Below are positions 1-11,555 of a stretch of DNA of 64,000 nt, one piece after another. Where the stretch lies: assembly GCF_009834535.1 (NCBI RefSeq), contig NC_045698.1:13270001-13334000 (forward strand). Direction: 5' to 3'. The first letter of the stretch is position 1. Every line of letters begins with the position of its first letter. A program made the translations under genes and the position numbers. Below the pieces are notes generated by a model, which ran no database searches, was not told the DNA's origin, and saw only the letters and a list, made by a program, of their open reading frames with translations. Source of the DNA: Camelus ferus (taxonomy: Eukaryota).

Positions 1-1399
1 CACTGTTTGTCAATCTTTAGCTTCTTTACTTCTAAATATCATATCAAAATAGGAGCATATAATGACTTTAAAAATATTTGTTAAGAAAAAAGCTAGTATA
101 AGAAAATCAGATGCCACAGATGATTTAATTGGTGAACTGAATTGTGTTTCCAAGAAGTATGAGGGTGTGATAATAATCATTAAAACTGTGCCTTGCAAAA
201 CATAATAATAAATTAGAAGCAGTCAAGGGAAAATCTCAAACTGATTGGGATTTAGGCTTATAATGGGTAGTAAATATTTCCCAATTATCTCATAAAGAGT
301 AATGGTGGTATTCTTTATTGAAATTGAATTCCCTGTCTTCATATTCGCTGAACAAAACTAAAATCAAGTTGACATACAAAACACTAATGGAGGTATTTTC
401 CTTTTGGATTTTAAGGTGAACCTGTGGTTTCTTTTCCTTGGACCTTTACACAAAACATAGCTCATGGTAAACAATCTAATAAATGAATTTGTTTGGTTTA
501 ATTTTTACTTTACTATTTTAAAAGGAGTGACATTTAGGAAGAAGTATTTCACGAGCTAACCAAGTTGGATATAGAATGAGCATGAGGAAGCTTAGTTATG
601 AAGGACCACTGCATCAGTGAAGCAGCAAGACCATGGACAGGCAGCCACGGAACACTGATTTTACATCAATTTTATGTAATCTTGGATCACTTTTATGATC
701 TGAGATTATTCACTTATCAGCATCAACATTTTGAAAACTTACTCTTACAATGTTTATAAAATTAGACATATGCCTGTAAAGTCTGTAATAGTTCCTAGTT
801 TAGAATAAGTGCTCCAGTAAAGGTAGATATTCTGTTACTATTTGAGTTTCCACATCCTACTGCAGCTTCAAAATGGTTTAGGAAATGTGCACAACCTTGC
901 TAATCACTGTATGGGTAAGCACAAAGAAAGCTAAATATGTTCAACATATTTTGGAAAAAAGAATCTAATCATTTCTTCAACCTATATCATGAAGTCTGTA
1001 AAACAACCAAAAGAAAAATAGTTTGCCTACAGTAATCTATACCATACAAGACACAACAAGAGAGAATCCAAACATGGGAAAAATAACATTAGAAAAATTA
1101 GATGAAATGGAAAATATAGTTAGTGTAAAAAATGCATACCATTAGGGGTTAGTGGGAGTGACATGTATGGCCTTGAGCTTCCTATTAAAAAATACAAATA
1201 AAAAGATACATACTTAAAGTGTGTTAATTTCCTTAAAACAGCATCAGGGGAATCCAATAGTTTTCTTATTTCTATTACTGAGAACCGAAAGAACTTTCTC
1301 ATGTTAGGTCTTCAAAATGGAAAATTGTTTTAGATAAAGAAAAAGCACGCTATTGCTTCTGTTATCAATGATATACTCTATTCAGTAAGATATTTCCTT

Positions 1400-1833
1400 T
1401 GTGAAATGTGAAATGAAATTAAATCACTTCTATCAAGCTCTTTTAAAATGGAGCCAGAAGGCCATTCATGAGGTTTTATACATGTCCTCACTTGGTGGAA
1501 CCTTGAACTTTGAACTAGGTCAAACCACAAGTATTCTGAGAACTCAGAAAGAACACCTACAAGGTGTCAGAGCAGTGGACTTTTCCTTCCTCTAGTAACA
1601 GCCTTAGCACTCAATCCTGTTTAGTTAAGACTAGCTTCTGCATCCAACTCCAATTCTAATTCTTTGTAATGTAAATCTCCCTTCTTTGTTTTTAAAAGCC
1701 CTTGATTTTTACTCCTTATTGAGATACTGTTTGGGTTGCTTTCAAAATCTGTGTGTCCTGAATTGCAATTCTTGGATTCCCAAATAAATGTTTTCTACCT
1801 TATTATTGCCTCCTAGGTGTATTTAGGGTAACA
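1400..1833 (+). mobile_element. Solo LTR, ERV1-class (MER39/MER34-like)
   Basis: Starts TGTGAAA and ends TAACA. Carries a TTTTAAAAGCCC TATA-like segment, AATAAA near 1783, and 'aaaatggagccagaaggccatt' typical of ERV1 LTR U3. Family assigned by eye. Confidence 0.6.
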
Positions 1834-2025
1834 CTTAAAAAAAAAAATTCTCCCTTGGAGTTAACACATGTCAAAGCAAAGAACGATAATTCTCTGATGA
1901 GTAGAGGAGGTTTATGTATGATAGTTTTTTGGTCAATGTTAAACCAATATATATACAATTTCCATATATGTGTGTGATGTGTGTCCATGTGTTATAAGCA
2001 TATTCTTGATTTATCATTGAGATAT

Positions 2026-2746
2026 TGATAGAAATCAGTGGGAGAGAATAAATTATACTCCTTAGGAATTAGCACTACCAAGTTCATATATGTGAAACCA
2101 AGCACCCTGTGGGGCCTTCCTGGGGATAGATCTCCCCCCATGTCTCTGCATCCCCTGCCTTTTGTTTATAAAAAAATGCTTTAGATTCCTAGGCTTTCCT
2201 GACTTCCAAAGGACAGATTTAATCTGAGAAGTGAGAAAATGCAGAAGCAAAGGAAAAGAGTCAAGCAAAAAAAAAAAAAATAATAATATTAGTTGAATTA
2301 GTTGAGTCATATGATTAAGGTCAAGGACATTTAGTTCCTCCTCAAGGGCTATAGATAATCTCCTTGAGCTGTTTTGCAGATACTAAAACTTCTACCAGGT
2401 GGAGGAAGTTAACTGCATGCTGACCAGGAGTACTTAGACCCCAAACCAGTTGGAACTAGAAGGTTGACGACCTTGACTCCCAAAATACTACCCTGTTACT
2501 TCACCACTAACCAATCAGAAGAATGCGCAGAAACTTATCAGGAACCGTACAGCCATCAACCCTAATGTTGCATCTAGAAACCCTTCTCCAAAAGCCTTTG
2601 GGGAATTTGGGTCTTTAGAGCAGAGGTGCCTATTCTCCTTGCTTAGCCCTGCAATAAAGGCTGTACTTTCCTTCAGTACAACTAGGTGTCAGTAGATCGA
2701 ATTTGCTGTGCATCAGACAAGGGTATCCAAGTTTAATTTGGTAACA
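2026..2746 (+). mobile_element. Solo LTR, ERV1-class (MER41-like)
   Basis: TG...TTTGGTAACA ends. Contains 'ccaatcagaagaatg', 'ccctgcaataaaggctgtactttccttc' (polyA signal) and a 3' end resembling MER41-like laurasiatherian LTRs. Confidence 0.7.
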
Positions 2747-5700
2747 CATGTAGTTCTTTGATGAGACTTTTTATCCCTACATATGTAGAAAAGAGAATAA
2801 AACCTTTATGCCCATATGAAACAATATAACAAAGAGATTAATTAGATTCAATCTTCCTTTAATAAACATCAAAAAGTAATCCAAATGTTCTATCATTAGT
2901 TTCACAATAGTGGTGCTCATGCATTTTGACCAAAATAATCTTGATGTAGATCATTAGAAATTTATATTTTATAAACTTCAACAGATCTATTAGGTTGCCC
3001 AGAGGTCTAAGTTGTTCAAAATCATTGAAAGCTTATTGATTTTCATTGTCTAAAATGTTCTAATTATTTGAATTATAAAGAAAGATCTTATAGTTCAAAC
3101 TTTCTTTTACCGATCAACCACATGTTGTACTTTCTTTTAAATCTAAGTTTGTGAATTACACTTTTAAGTGCTATATTTTTGAATCTGAATTAACTTTATG
3201 TAGGCTAGAGTCACAACTTTTGTTATTTTGCCAGCTCATTTTTGGCTTTCAGAACATATTTATAAAAAAAATTGTCAGCAATATGTATTTTTATCAAGAA
3301 TCTAGTTTGAGGAGAGCTATACAAAACTATATGCATTCAAGGACTAAATTCACTTATAATATTAACAGGGGTGCATTTTGCAAATATGCTTTTGATTTTT
3401 TTGAAAGCTTGCCTAATCTAAATGGAATGGAAACAATATGAATGCTTGCGTAAGTTAGCAAGAAATTTGTGGAAAACCTCTGAAGAGCTTTTAAAATAAG
3501 ATACATGCTCCTTTATCCAAAATGCTTCAGAGGTAGTTCTTTTAGTTTATTTTTGGAGTTATGACTCTAGAATTCCATTTAAAAGGATTCTCATTCAAAT
3601 ACAAAAAGGAAAAGGAACTTAAAGGGGAGGTATAAGTGACTCACTGATGTAAATAGCCCAGAGAGCAATTAGGTGAATCATGTATAATGAACTTGAGTGA
3701 ATAAAAAGGGCTGGTGGAAAAAAAAATTGAATTATATTAATATAAAAAGTCTGTATCCAGATTTTATGTGTTTGCTTATACTAAATGGGTGAAATAACAG
3801 GAAGAATTAATGGCAATAATTTGGAAACAGAAAGAGCAGAGTATGCGATGTTTTTCCGGGGAGAATAACAACAATCACATACAATAATTGGTGAATTTAT
3901 ATACATATACACACAAATGAACCACATACAGATGTATTCCAAAGATTAAATTTTATTCTAAGACTCTCATTCTTGGACTGTCCTAAGATAGTGAAACAAT
4001 CCCCTAATTTTCAGCTTTCAATCCTTAAATTTTATTTTTATTCATGACTAAAAATTGAATTTTTGTTTCATTTATGATTTAATGTTATCTTAAACTATCT
4101 TTTGGTTTTGCTACCATAGTTACAGTCTTTTCATCTTAAATGTATTTGTCCATTGTATTTTACTTCCTGAGCAGGAAAAAATTTGCATAATATTGGAGTC
4201 CTGTTCATTATGGCTTGACAATGAACACTGTCTACCACAAAATAGCATCATTTAGTTCATTCCTATGAGCATTTTATTAACCAGAAGTGTTTAATCATAA
4301 AATCAAGTACTTTGAGATTTCCACCGATCGTATGATGCTGACTCATTTTGATGAATGGTTCATGTTACTTCCACTGACAAACTGGCAATGTCACAATTTA
4401 CCCAGACTCTCTTGCTCTTTGAATACTTATCTAAGAAGTAGTTTTGCCAATTCTAAGAATAAATAAAAGAAAAATTCAAAGAATTTAGGAATATACATTG
4501 AAAACCTTTTGTTACTTTTTATTAAAAGGACTTTTCAAACTCGTTCTATGAAAATGAGAGGGAAATGTGCATATCTTGTAATATTTGAAATAAAAATGGA
4601 CATTATAACTTTTGAAAGATAAAGTATTTCAAACTTGAGGCATTAAGAATTTGGGAAAAAGATTAAAATGATCCTGGCCTTAGGCAGCTCATTAGTTCCA
4701 CACAGATCTAGTATCACATGTCCTTCAAGAACACATTTGAAATCTCCTAGCTAAAGATTTCTCTTTATTTTTTGGATAATACGTCATTTGAAGAACATTA
4801 ATCTTAGATTCTCAAAACTGCTGTCCAATATGTCCGCAGCTGACTGGTAGCAAAAAATGAAAGGTAAAATAAACGCACATTAAATCATGTCATTTGTTTA
4901 GCTAATTTAGTGGGAGAGCAATGGGAATATGAGGGAATAACATATTTGAAAAGCAATTTTATAACAGCACATTTGTTTCCATCTTCTCACAATAAAATGT
5001 TGGCTCCAAGGTCATTATACTTCTAGCACATAAATACATCCTATTGACACTGATAACTTTTAAATAATTGAATTTTTTAATTCCTTATATGCTTTGTGGG
5101 GAGATGCGTATTTATAGAAATTGCATCATTAAAAGATTACAGAAAAATTTAATACTTAGAACATTTCTCTATGTGTAAACTATAAGTTACCTCAAATGAA
5201 GACGATTTTTGTAAGGATTAAGTCAGTCAAAAATGCAAAGCAATTAGCTCATTTATTAATAAAAAGTTCTCATCAACTTTTAGCACTTATTATGAATATT
5301 ATTTCTGTTGTAGTTATTATTAAATCATTATTCCCAAATATTAAAATGATTTAGATTTTCCTTGTGTTTCTCTTTTTTTTTTTTTCCAGACAGTAAGTGG
5401 AAAGTTTAGGTGACTCAAACTGACAGAACACAGGGTTGTTTCTGTAATAGGAAGTTTGGAAATAATAAAGAATTCACCTGAATTAGGTAACTCCAAAGAA
5501 GAAGAATTATAGAAGACACAATAATATTGATGAGTTAAGCTGTATTTTTTAGAGTATGCTCCTTTTTAAAATTCATTCTAGTGAAAAATGTAGGATTTGG
5601 CGCTGAATAACACAATCAGACAATTTCCTCTGGGTGTGCTTTCCATGAACTCTTAATCTTCCTATGCTGTGAAACCTTAATTAAAAAGGAGACTATTAGG

Positions 5701-6496
5701 AGTTTGCAATGTATTTAATGAGAGGGCAACTGACATCTCAATATGAAATGGAGCAATTGCATTCAAATAGAAAAAGAATGATTATGGGAACGTCTCTTAG
5801 AGTTCACTTAAAGTTCTTGCAGTATAAAGGTCTCGTCTTTATTAACACTGAATTTCTGATACACACTTCTTTTAAACGGCCCACTTGAATGCCTGTGGGA
5901 GATCTTCTTAGTCTACCACCCAAAGCAATATTTCAAATTAGTAGAATTAACTTCAGTCTCTGTGACATTATCATATGTCATTTTCACTATTTATTTGAAT
6001 ATCTTTAAATATTTCATTTGATGTCCTAGAACCATGTATTTCAGAGAGAAAATATTATTTCATAATTTCTTTTGATAATTTCTTTTGATAATCTCTCCTA
6101 GATCTGAACACACGTAATCAGAATTCATCTTTCATATTGCTCTTTTATCCTAACTACAAACACACACACACAAAGCCCAATAGGACTAGGGGATAATATA
6201 TTTTAGAAAACATTACATACTAATATTTGGGTATTATTTCTTTAATTATCTTTCACTGGTTTTTAAAAACACATTGAAGTTACATGGGGACTCACCAAAC
6301 ACAGGACCCTGAGTCATTCAGAGTACTCAATAAAGCTAAATTGAATATGAAAATACTTGAGTTTTTTTCTCCACCTATGTGGAACTATTATAAATATAAG
6401 AAATTCTGCAGAAAAGGAGAAAGGTGATTTGCAGAATCTATATCAAGCCATTAACCGATTTAAATGAGCAGTTTTATGAGAAAGAAAGAAGGTCGA

Positions 6497-6656
6497 GGGG
6501 AGGGTATAGCTCAAATGGTAGAGCTCATTCTCAGCACTCACAGGGTCCTGGGTTTAATCCCTAGTACCTCCTCTAAAAATAAACAAACCTAATTATTTCC
6601 CCCACCAAAATAAAATAATTGAATAATAAAATAATAAATAAATAAACTATAAAAAA
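6497..6656 (+). mobile_element. vic-1-type camelid SINE (tRNA-Ala-derived)
   Basis: GGGGAGGGTATAGCTCAAATGGTAGAG (A box) ... GGGTTTAATCCC (B box), 'aaacctaatta' body, A-rich tail. Approximate TSD aaggtc(a)gag on both sides. Confidence 0.9.
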
Positions 6657-7269
6657 GGTCAGAGGATTAGTTGACTGAATTCATTTGGTCATAAAGTGTT
6701 TTTCCTCAGCTTCACCTTAAAGTAAAACTAGTAAGCAAACATGGAGTGGGAACTATATAGATAAATATGATAATAAGTATATTGAAAGTTTTCATTCCAT
6801 AAATATTGTATGAATTTAATGTTTTTTTAATTCTTCTATGAATTATTAAATATTTCAATTTCCAGAAAAATAAAAGCATGAGAAGCTCTGTGTGCTACCA
6901 CCCTCCTCTACTAAATCTAACATTTGGCCACATATGCTTTATTAAAAAATAAAATGCTATGGAAAGCTGCCATATTCTTCTTCCCAATTTCATCCTTTCC
7001 AGTATATTAAAATAAATAAATGATTTAATGCAATGTTTTATTGTGTTGTTTATCATATTTACCATAAGGCATTTCTATCCTTATGATCTAATTTTTCCCT
7101 CATGTCTTTTGCCATATGTATGCTTGTTTGATTAAAAACAAAACAAAACAACTATGGGTGTATATGTCTCTTTCTCACCTTCCCATATATTCATTTCACA
7201 AACATGGAAAATAAAATGATTTTTTTTCTGTTATGTTATTATATTGTTTTTAAATTGATACTATATTCA

Positions 7270-7630
7270 TTTTTATTGAGGTGTAATTGAAAAATTTGTA
7301 TATATTAAAAGTGCACAGAATGGTGATTTTACATATGTATCCTCTGGGAAATGAATAGCATAATGAGGCTAATTGACAGATTCATCACCTCAGATGGTTT
7401 TAAATTTTTGTTTTATGATGAGAACACTTGAGGTTTACTCTTAGCAAATTTCAAATACACAACACAGTGTTATTTAGTCACCATACTGAAGACTGGATTC
7501 CCAGAGCCTGCTCATCTTATAGCACAAGGCTTTTAATCTTTAACCATCTTTTCCCATCTCTATACCCTTCATCCCTGCCCCCAGCCCCTGATAATAACTA
7601 TTCTGTTGTCTGTTTCTATGAGTTCCTTTT
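7270..7630 (-). mobile_element. L1 3' end fragment (L1MA9-like)
   Basis: 'ttttattgaggtgtaattga...ttagcaaatttcaaatacacaacacagtgttat...cccagcccctg...tctgtttctatgagtt' matches the reverse complement of an L1MA 3'UTR. Confidence 0.8.
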
Positions 7631-8349
7631 TGGGGGTTGGTGGGAGAAGGGGAATTGATGGAAGCCTATGACACGTAAGATATCAGTATTTGATGTTCAT
7701 GTATCTGTCTTATTTTAGAATGCTGACATTTTATTTTTTGTTATATTTCTACCTCTCTCTCCCTCCTATTTAACTGACTATATAGATAAAATATATTCTA
7801 AAGAATTTAATTGGAATTACATGTTAAGAGTTAGGATAATAAACTTAAGGGGTAAAGGTTTCATCTGCTCTATCCATATGCTTTGTTTGGTCTGAGTGAT
7901 GTCCTGAAATGGATCACCCGAAATGACCTCAGCATTTGCCACTCCCAGTTATGTTACAGTGAACTGATTTGCATTCTAGATTCCTGGAAACATTTGACTT
8001 TATTATATCTGGTAAAGAATGAGAAAATGTACATTAAAATGTATCAAGAAAAGAATTTGATATACAATGGGCATTATCTTTTAAGTATCCACTTAGATTA
8101 GTTCCATAGAATTTCAATTTATTCAAGGGAAGAAAACATAATAACTTAAGTAAACACTTGTAAAATACATTAAAATTTATTTGTTTCTTTTAGGTGACTA
8201 TCATTGTGTACCCTATTTTCTGTGGTATATCCTGAACGAGTCAGTGTATCAGTTTAAATAGAGAATCCTGAGTTTATCTGCAATTTCAATTTCTAACTCT
8301 GTTATGAAATTTCTCTGAAAGCTGTTCCTCAGAATTCACTTTAAAATAA

Positions 8350-8890
8350 GTCCACTAACATCCAAGTATTTTCCAGGTTTGACCACTCTTTGTCTAAAGC
8401 CCTTTGGGTGATTTCAAGAAGCCAAGTTTTTACCATGGGACTCTGTTTACCCAGCCAGAGCTGATTGAATAAGAGATAGACGCTGACAAACAAAATAAAA
8501 CAAAACAAAACAGAAAACCAAACCAAACAAAAACAACGACAACAACTAAACCCTTTTGTTTTGGAAACTTGCAATTTGGGTTGGTCTTTGTCAATTCCTT
8601 GAATTGGGGATGTTTGAACCCAAGATGAGTGACACGCATTTTCCACTATGTGCATGGCAAAGAAGAAAAAGTTGGTCCCATGAAAAAAAGAAAAATGACA
8701 CTAAAAGGCAGAAAAAAATCATAAATGAGAAGTCAGGTGGTGAAAATGAGAAAAAAGATGCTCTGTGACTTGAGTGCTGCCTTTATTTTCTTTTCCAAGC
8801 CTGAGGAATCTTGCTTATAAGTGATGTCCTTGTGTTTCTCAGAGTGAAATGCTATTATTGTCAGCCTGAATGAGTTTCATTAACTGTATT
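8350..8890. mobile_element. Old MaLR LTR remnant (MLT1J/K/L-like) with internal (CAAAA)n tract
   Basis: Diverged similarity to MLT1 motifs (gctgattg, ttttggaaactt, ttttccactatgtg); (CAAAA)-type repeat at about 8485-8550. Confidence 0.35.
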
Positions 8891-9214
8891 CAAATGATCC
8901 TTCGCTGTGATACTCACCGTTAGTTTTCTCAGTATCATCAGGGGTAAATAACGTCTTTCTTTTAAATCCAAACAAAATGAGATGTTTGTATTCAAGTCAT
9001 TGACAAGAGCCTAGGATTTGGAATGTTACCTTTGGGATTTGGCAGAGTGGAACATGGCTATTCAGTAAGGTGAAAACAAACCCCTCATACGAATGTCCAT
9101 TTACACTTCTTAAGTAAAATGGTTTTTTTTAATAAAATATTTTCACAAGTACTTAGCTCTTGTCATTATTATTAATATTTTGGTTGGATAATAATTACTG
9201 ATTAGAAACAGATG

Positions 9215-9410
9215 ACAAGCAGACCTTCTGAACCCAGACCATGTGTCTATGAGATCCTGGTCCTGTCTTTCATTAGCTTGTGGTCTTGGGAAACTTACTT
9301 TAAGTTATTTAAAAGGAGATTATGATTGCCTCACCCCTACTATAAAAATATTGTAGAAGGTAAAGGAATTTATAAACTCAAAATCCTTGAAGCCATGATT
9401 CTTAGTGTTT
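9215..9410 (+). mobile_element. MIR SINE
   Basis: 'gagatcctggtcctgtctttcattagcttgtggtcttgggaaacttacttt' resembles the MIR core. Confidence 0.5.
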
Positions 9411-9499
9411 AAGTACTTTTAAAATTAATTGGTTTTAATTGTTTTTCAGTAGCACGTCATATGGGAAAACCTATTTTTAAGAAAGTGTAAAGATAGCAT

Positions 9500-10950
9500 T
9501 ATCATGAAGTGACCACTATGGGGATAATGGATTTTGTTACATGAGAAAATCACTGAGAAACAGTCAGCAAACACTGATGTCTCAAATAAAGAAACAGCTG
9601 TATCCAGGAGACTGAAGAGAATACACAGTACTTCATAACTGTAGTTTTCTGCATTCTCTCAAGTTCCGTGGAGACCCACCACCAGGGGACTTTGCTAGCG
9701 TAACCACAGACTGCATTCAGTTGGATTTGCTGGGTCTGGGAGCAGTTTGGTTACCAGGTTGTACAGCTGGGAGTTACTCAATGATATATGGAAAACAGTC
9801 CTGGCACAAGTCTAGACACTATTTTCCTGATCAACCTGTAAGTCTTCTCCACCTAATTTTCCTCCGTAAGTAATTGAAAAATATATAAAATCCATTCCTT
9901 GCTAATAATTTGCCCCAGTTGCCTTTGAAGAATGCATCCACACCACTGTCCTTCTTCTTAAAGTCATTAATGCTGAAGACTGTACTCAGGTTTGTACTCA
10001 GTTTTGAATCACGGAAGTGTTGTAAGCCCTGAGATTTTGGCAGCTGCATTGAAAAAAGCAGCAGCCTGTTTTGGCTGTTATAAGTTTGAAGGCCTCAATA
10101 CCTAATAATTTGCTAATTCTCTTCTAAAAATCCTTTGCTGTAAGTTGTAAATTGTTCGTATGATCAGCAATGTGTGAAATTTAGGTGTCTGACTCTGCTC
10201 TCTGCAGGGGACTCCTTTAATTTGGTGTTGGTCCTCACACTTAAATTCGGCCATCATAGGAGGCCATGCTTTCATTATTATGACAAAATACACGGAGAAT
10301 CACATTACCTTGAGTGGATTTCATAAGATTTTTCATCCATTTCATTATTGGCCAGTTCCAGCTGCTGGTGCTCAGCTAACAGCAATATCATCTCATGTAA
10401 AATGCTTCTTTTCTCTTTAATGATTTTTTTCTACTTATTTATCACTTATGATTATTTTTATTTCATTTTTTGTTATTTTTTTCATGTGCCATGAATCCTG
10501 AATTTCCAGTTTTTGATTTCTTTATTTTATTGTTTTAGGACCAGAGATGAATTTTGGAATTACAGAGTCACGGTATACATTCCAGAATCTGCTACTTACT
10601 AGTTACTGTTTCCATGTCTTGACTATTGTAAATAGTGCTGCAATGAACACTGGGGTGCAGCTGTCTTTTTGAAGTAGGGTTCCTTCTGGATATATGCCCA
10701 GGAGTGGGATTCCTGGGTCATGTGGTAAGTCTATGATTACTGCTTTGGCTCCACTGGCCAACTTGGTAACTGAGCCCACCCTGTCCTTGGTAATTAAGGG
10801 ACAGTACTTGGGCCTCACAGCTCTGGGTTCCCATTATTCCTGTTGCATTTAGGGATTCAGTTTGATGATAGGTTTTCTCTTGTAGTATCTGACCTAGTGA
10901 AAACAGCAAACTTAAAGCTCTTGGATAATGCTGGGCCTCCCTTCAGAGTA
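9500..10950 (-). pseudogene. Highly decayed intronless TRIM60/TRIM75-like pseudogene (B-box linker, coiled-coil, PRY-SPRY; RING uncertain)
   Basis: Minus-strand motifs, allowing frameshifts, occur in TRIM60 order and near-TRIM60 spacing: VGSVTKLA (10756-10779), LEL (10353-10361), EIHS (10311-10322), LRVF (10286-10297), LKES (10209-10220), RY*GL (10089-10103), LP..SGL (10024-10043), K*CLDLCQDCFP (9789-9824), YE (9632-9637), FADCFS (9554-9571). Many stops and indels. Aligned by eye to remembered TRIM60. Confidence 0.55.
10609..10736 (-). mobile_element. Young L1 ORF2 C-terminal fragment, truncated at both ends
   Basis: Translates to DLPHDPGIPLLGIYPEGTLLQKDSCTPVFIAALFTIVKTWKQ, a classic L1 ORF2 C-terminus. 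Flanked by the direct repeat TTACTG (10603-10608, 10737-10742). Confidence 0.92.
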
Positions 10951-11234
10951 TGTATGTCCCCACATTCTGAAGTTAGTCTGACTAAAATGTTCTAAGGTAG
11001 TAAATACATGGCCAGCCAGAACCTCACTTTATACAGATACTTGGTTAAACATAACGACTTGGCAATATTTTGCGTATCTCTACTGTCATATCGTGACACA
11101 GTCTACCAGTTCCTCTTTACCTCTGGCAATAGAATCCTTGGTACCTGTAAATCTAATCTCTAAGATTAGAGACCAATTCTTTAAAACTAGGAACCAATTC
11201 AGGAAACTCATCTTTAAGATTCTGTTTCTTCCAT

Positions 11235-11462
11235 AGATAAAAGAGATTTTCTTCCCAAGGAAGCCTTGGCTCTGCCCTTGAGGCCTTTCAACTCATTGAA
11301 TCAAGCCCATGCAAATTAACTGGAATGATATTCTTAAATTCAGCCGATTATGAACTTTCATCAAATTGACAGAATACTTCCACAGCAGTGCCTAGATTAG
11401 TGTTTGACTGGATGCCTGGAGACTGCAGCCTAGCAAAGTTGATACGTCTAGAGGCCGTTACA
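11235..11462 (-). mobile_element. ERVL LTR fragment (MLT2-like)
   Basis: 'aggcctttcaactcattgaatcaagccca...cacagcagtgcctagattagtgtttgact...gcctagcaaagttgatac' matches MLT2 LTR motifs. Confidence 0.75.
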
Positions 11463-11555
11463 TTATAATAAGCCCATGGGGTGTTTTGAGAATAAAATGT
11501 CCTCACCTATAATAAAGCACTTACCGCTCTGTCTGGCACATAGTAAGTGCTAGAA
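11463..11555 (+). mobile_element. MIR 3' fragment
   Basis: 'taaagcactta...tctggcacatagtaagtgct' is the MIR 3' end. Confidence 0.6.

Noticed and set aside
6062..6092. 13-bp tandem duplication ATAATTTCTTTTG (a similar short repeat lies at about 16504-16547)
   Set aside because: Ordinary replication-slippage products.
9500..10450. Endogenous bornavirus/filovirus element as the origin of the protein-like frames
   Set aside because: No motifs matched remembered N, G, VP30 or VP35 sequences; TRIM60-like collinearity fits better.
10550..10602. MIR-like segment (tctgctacttactag)
   Set aside because: Weak match, and the TRIM-like spacing is preserved without assuming an insertion here; left unassigned.
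10955..11015. RING-like peptides CIYYLR / CG.HTY
   Set aside because: About 65 nt too far from the downstream motifs and overlapping possible MIR sequence; not counted as evidence.
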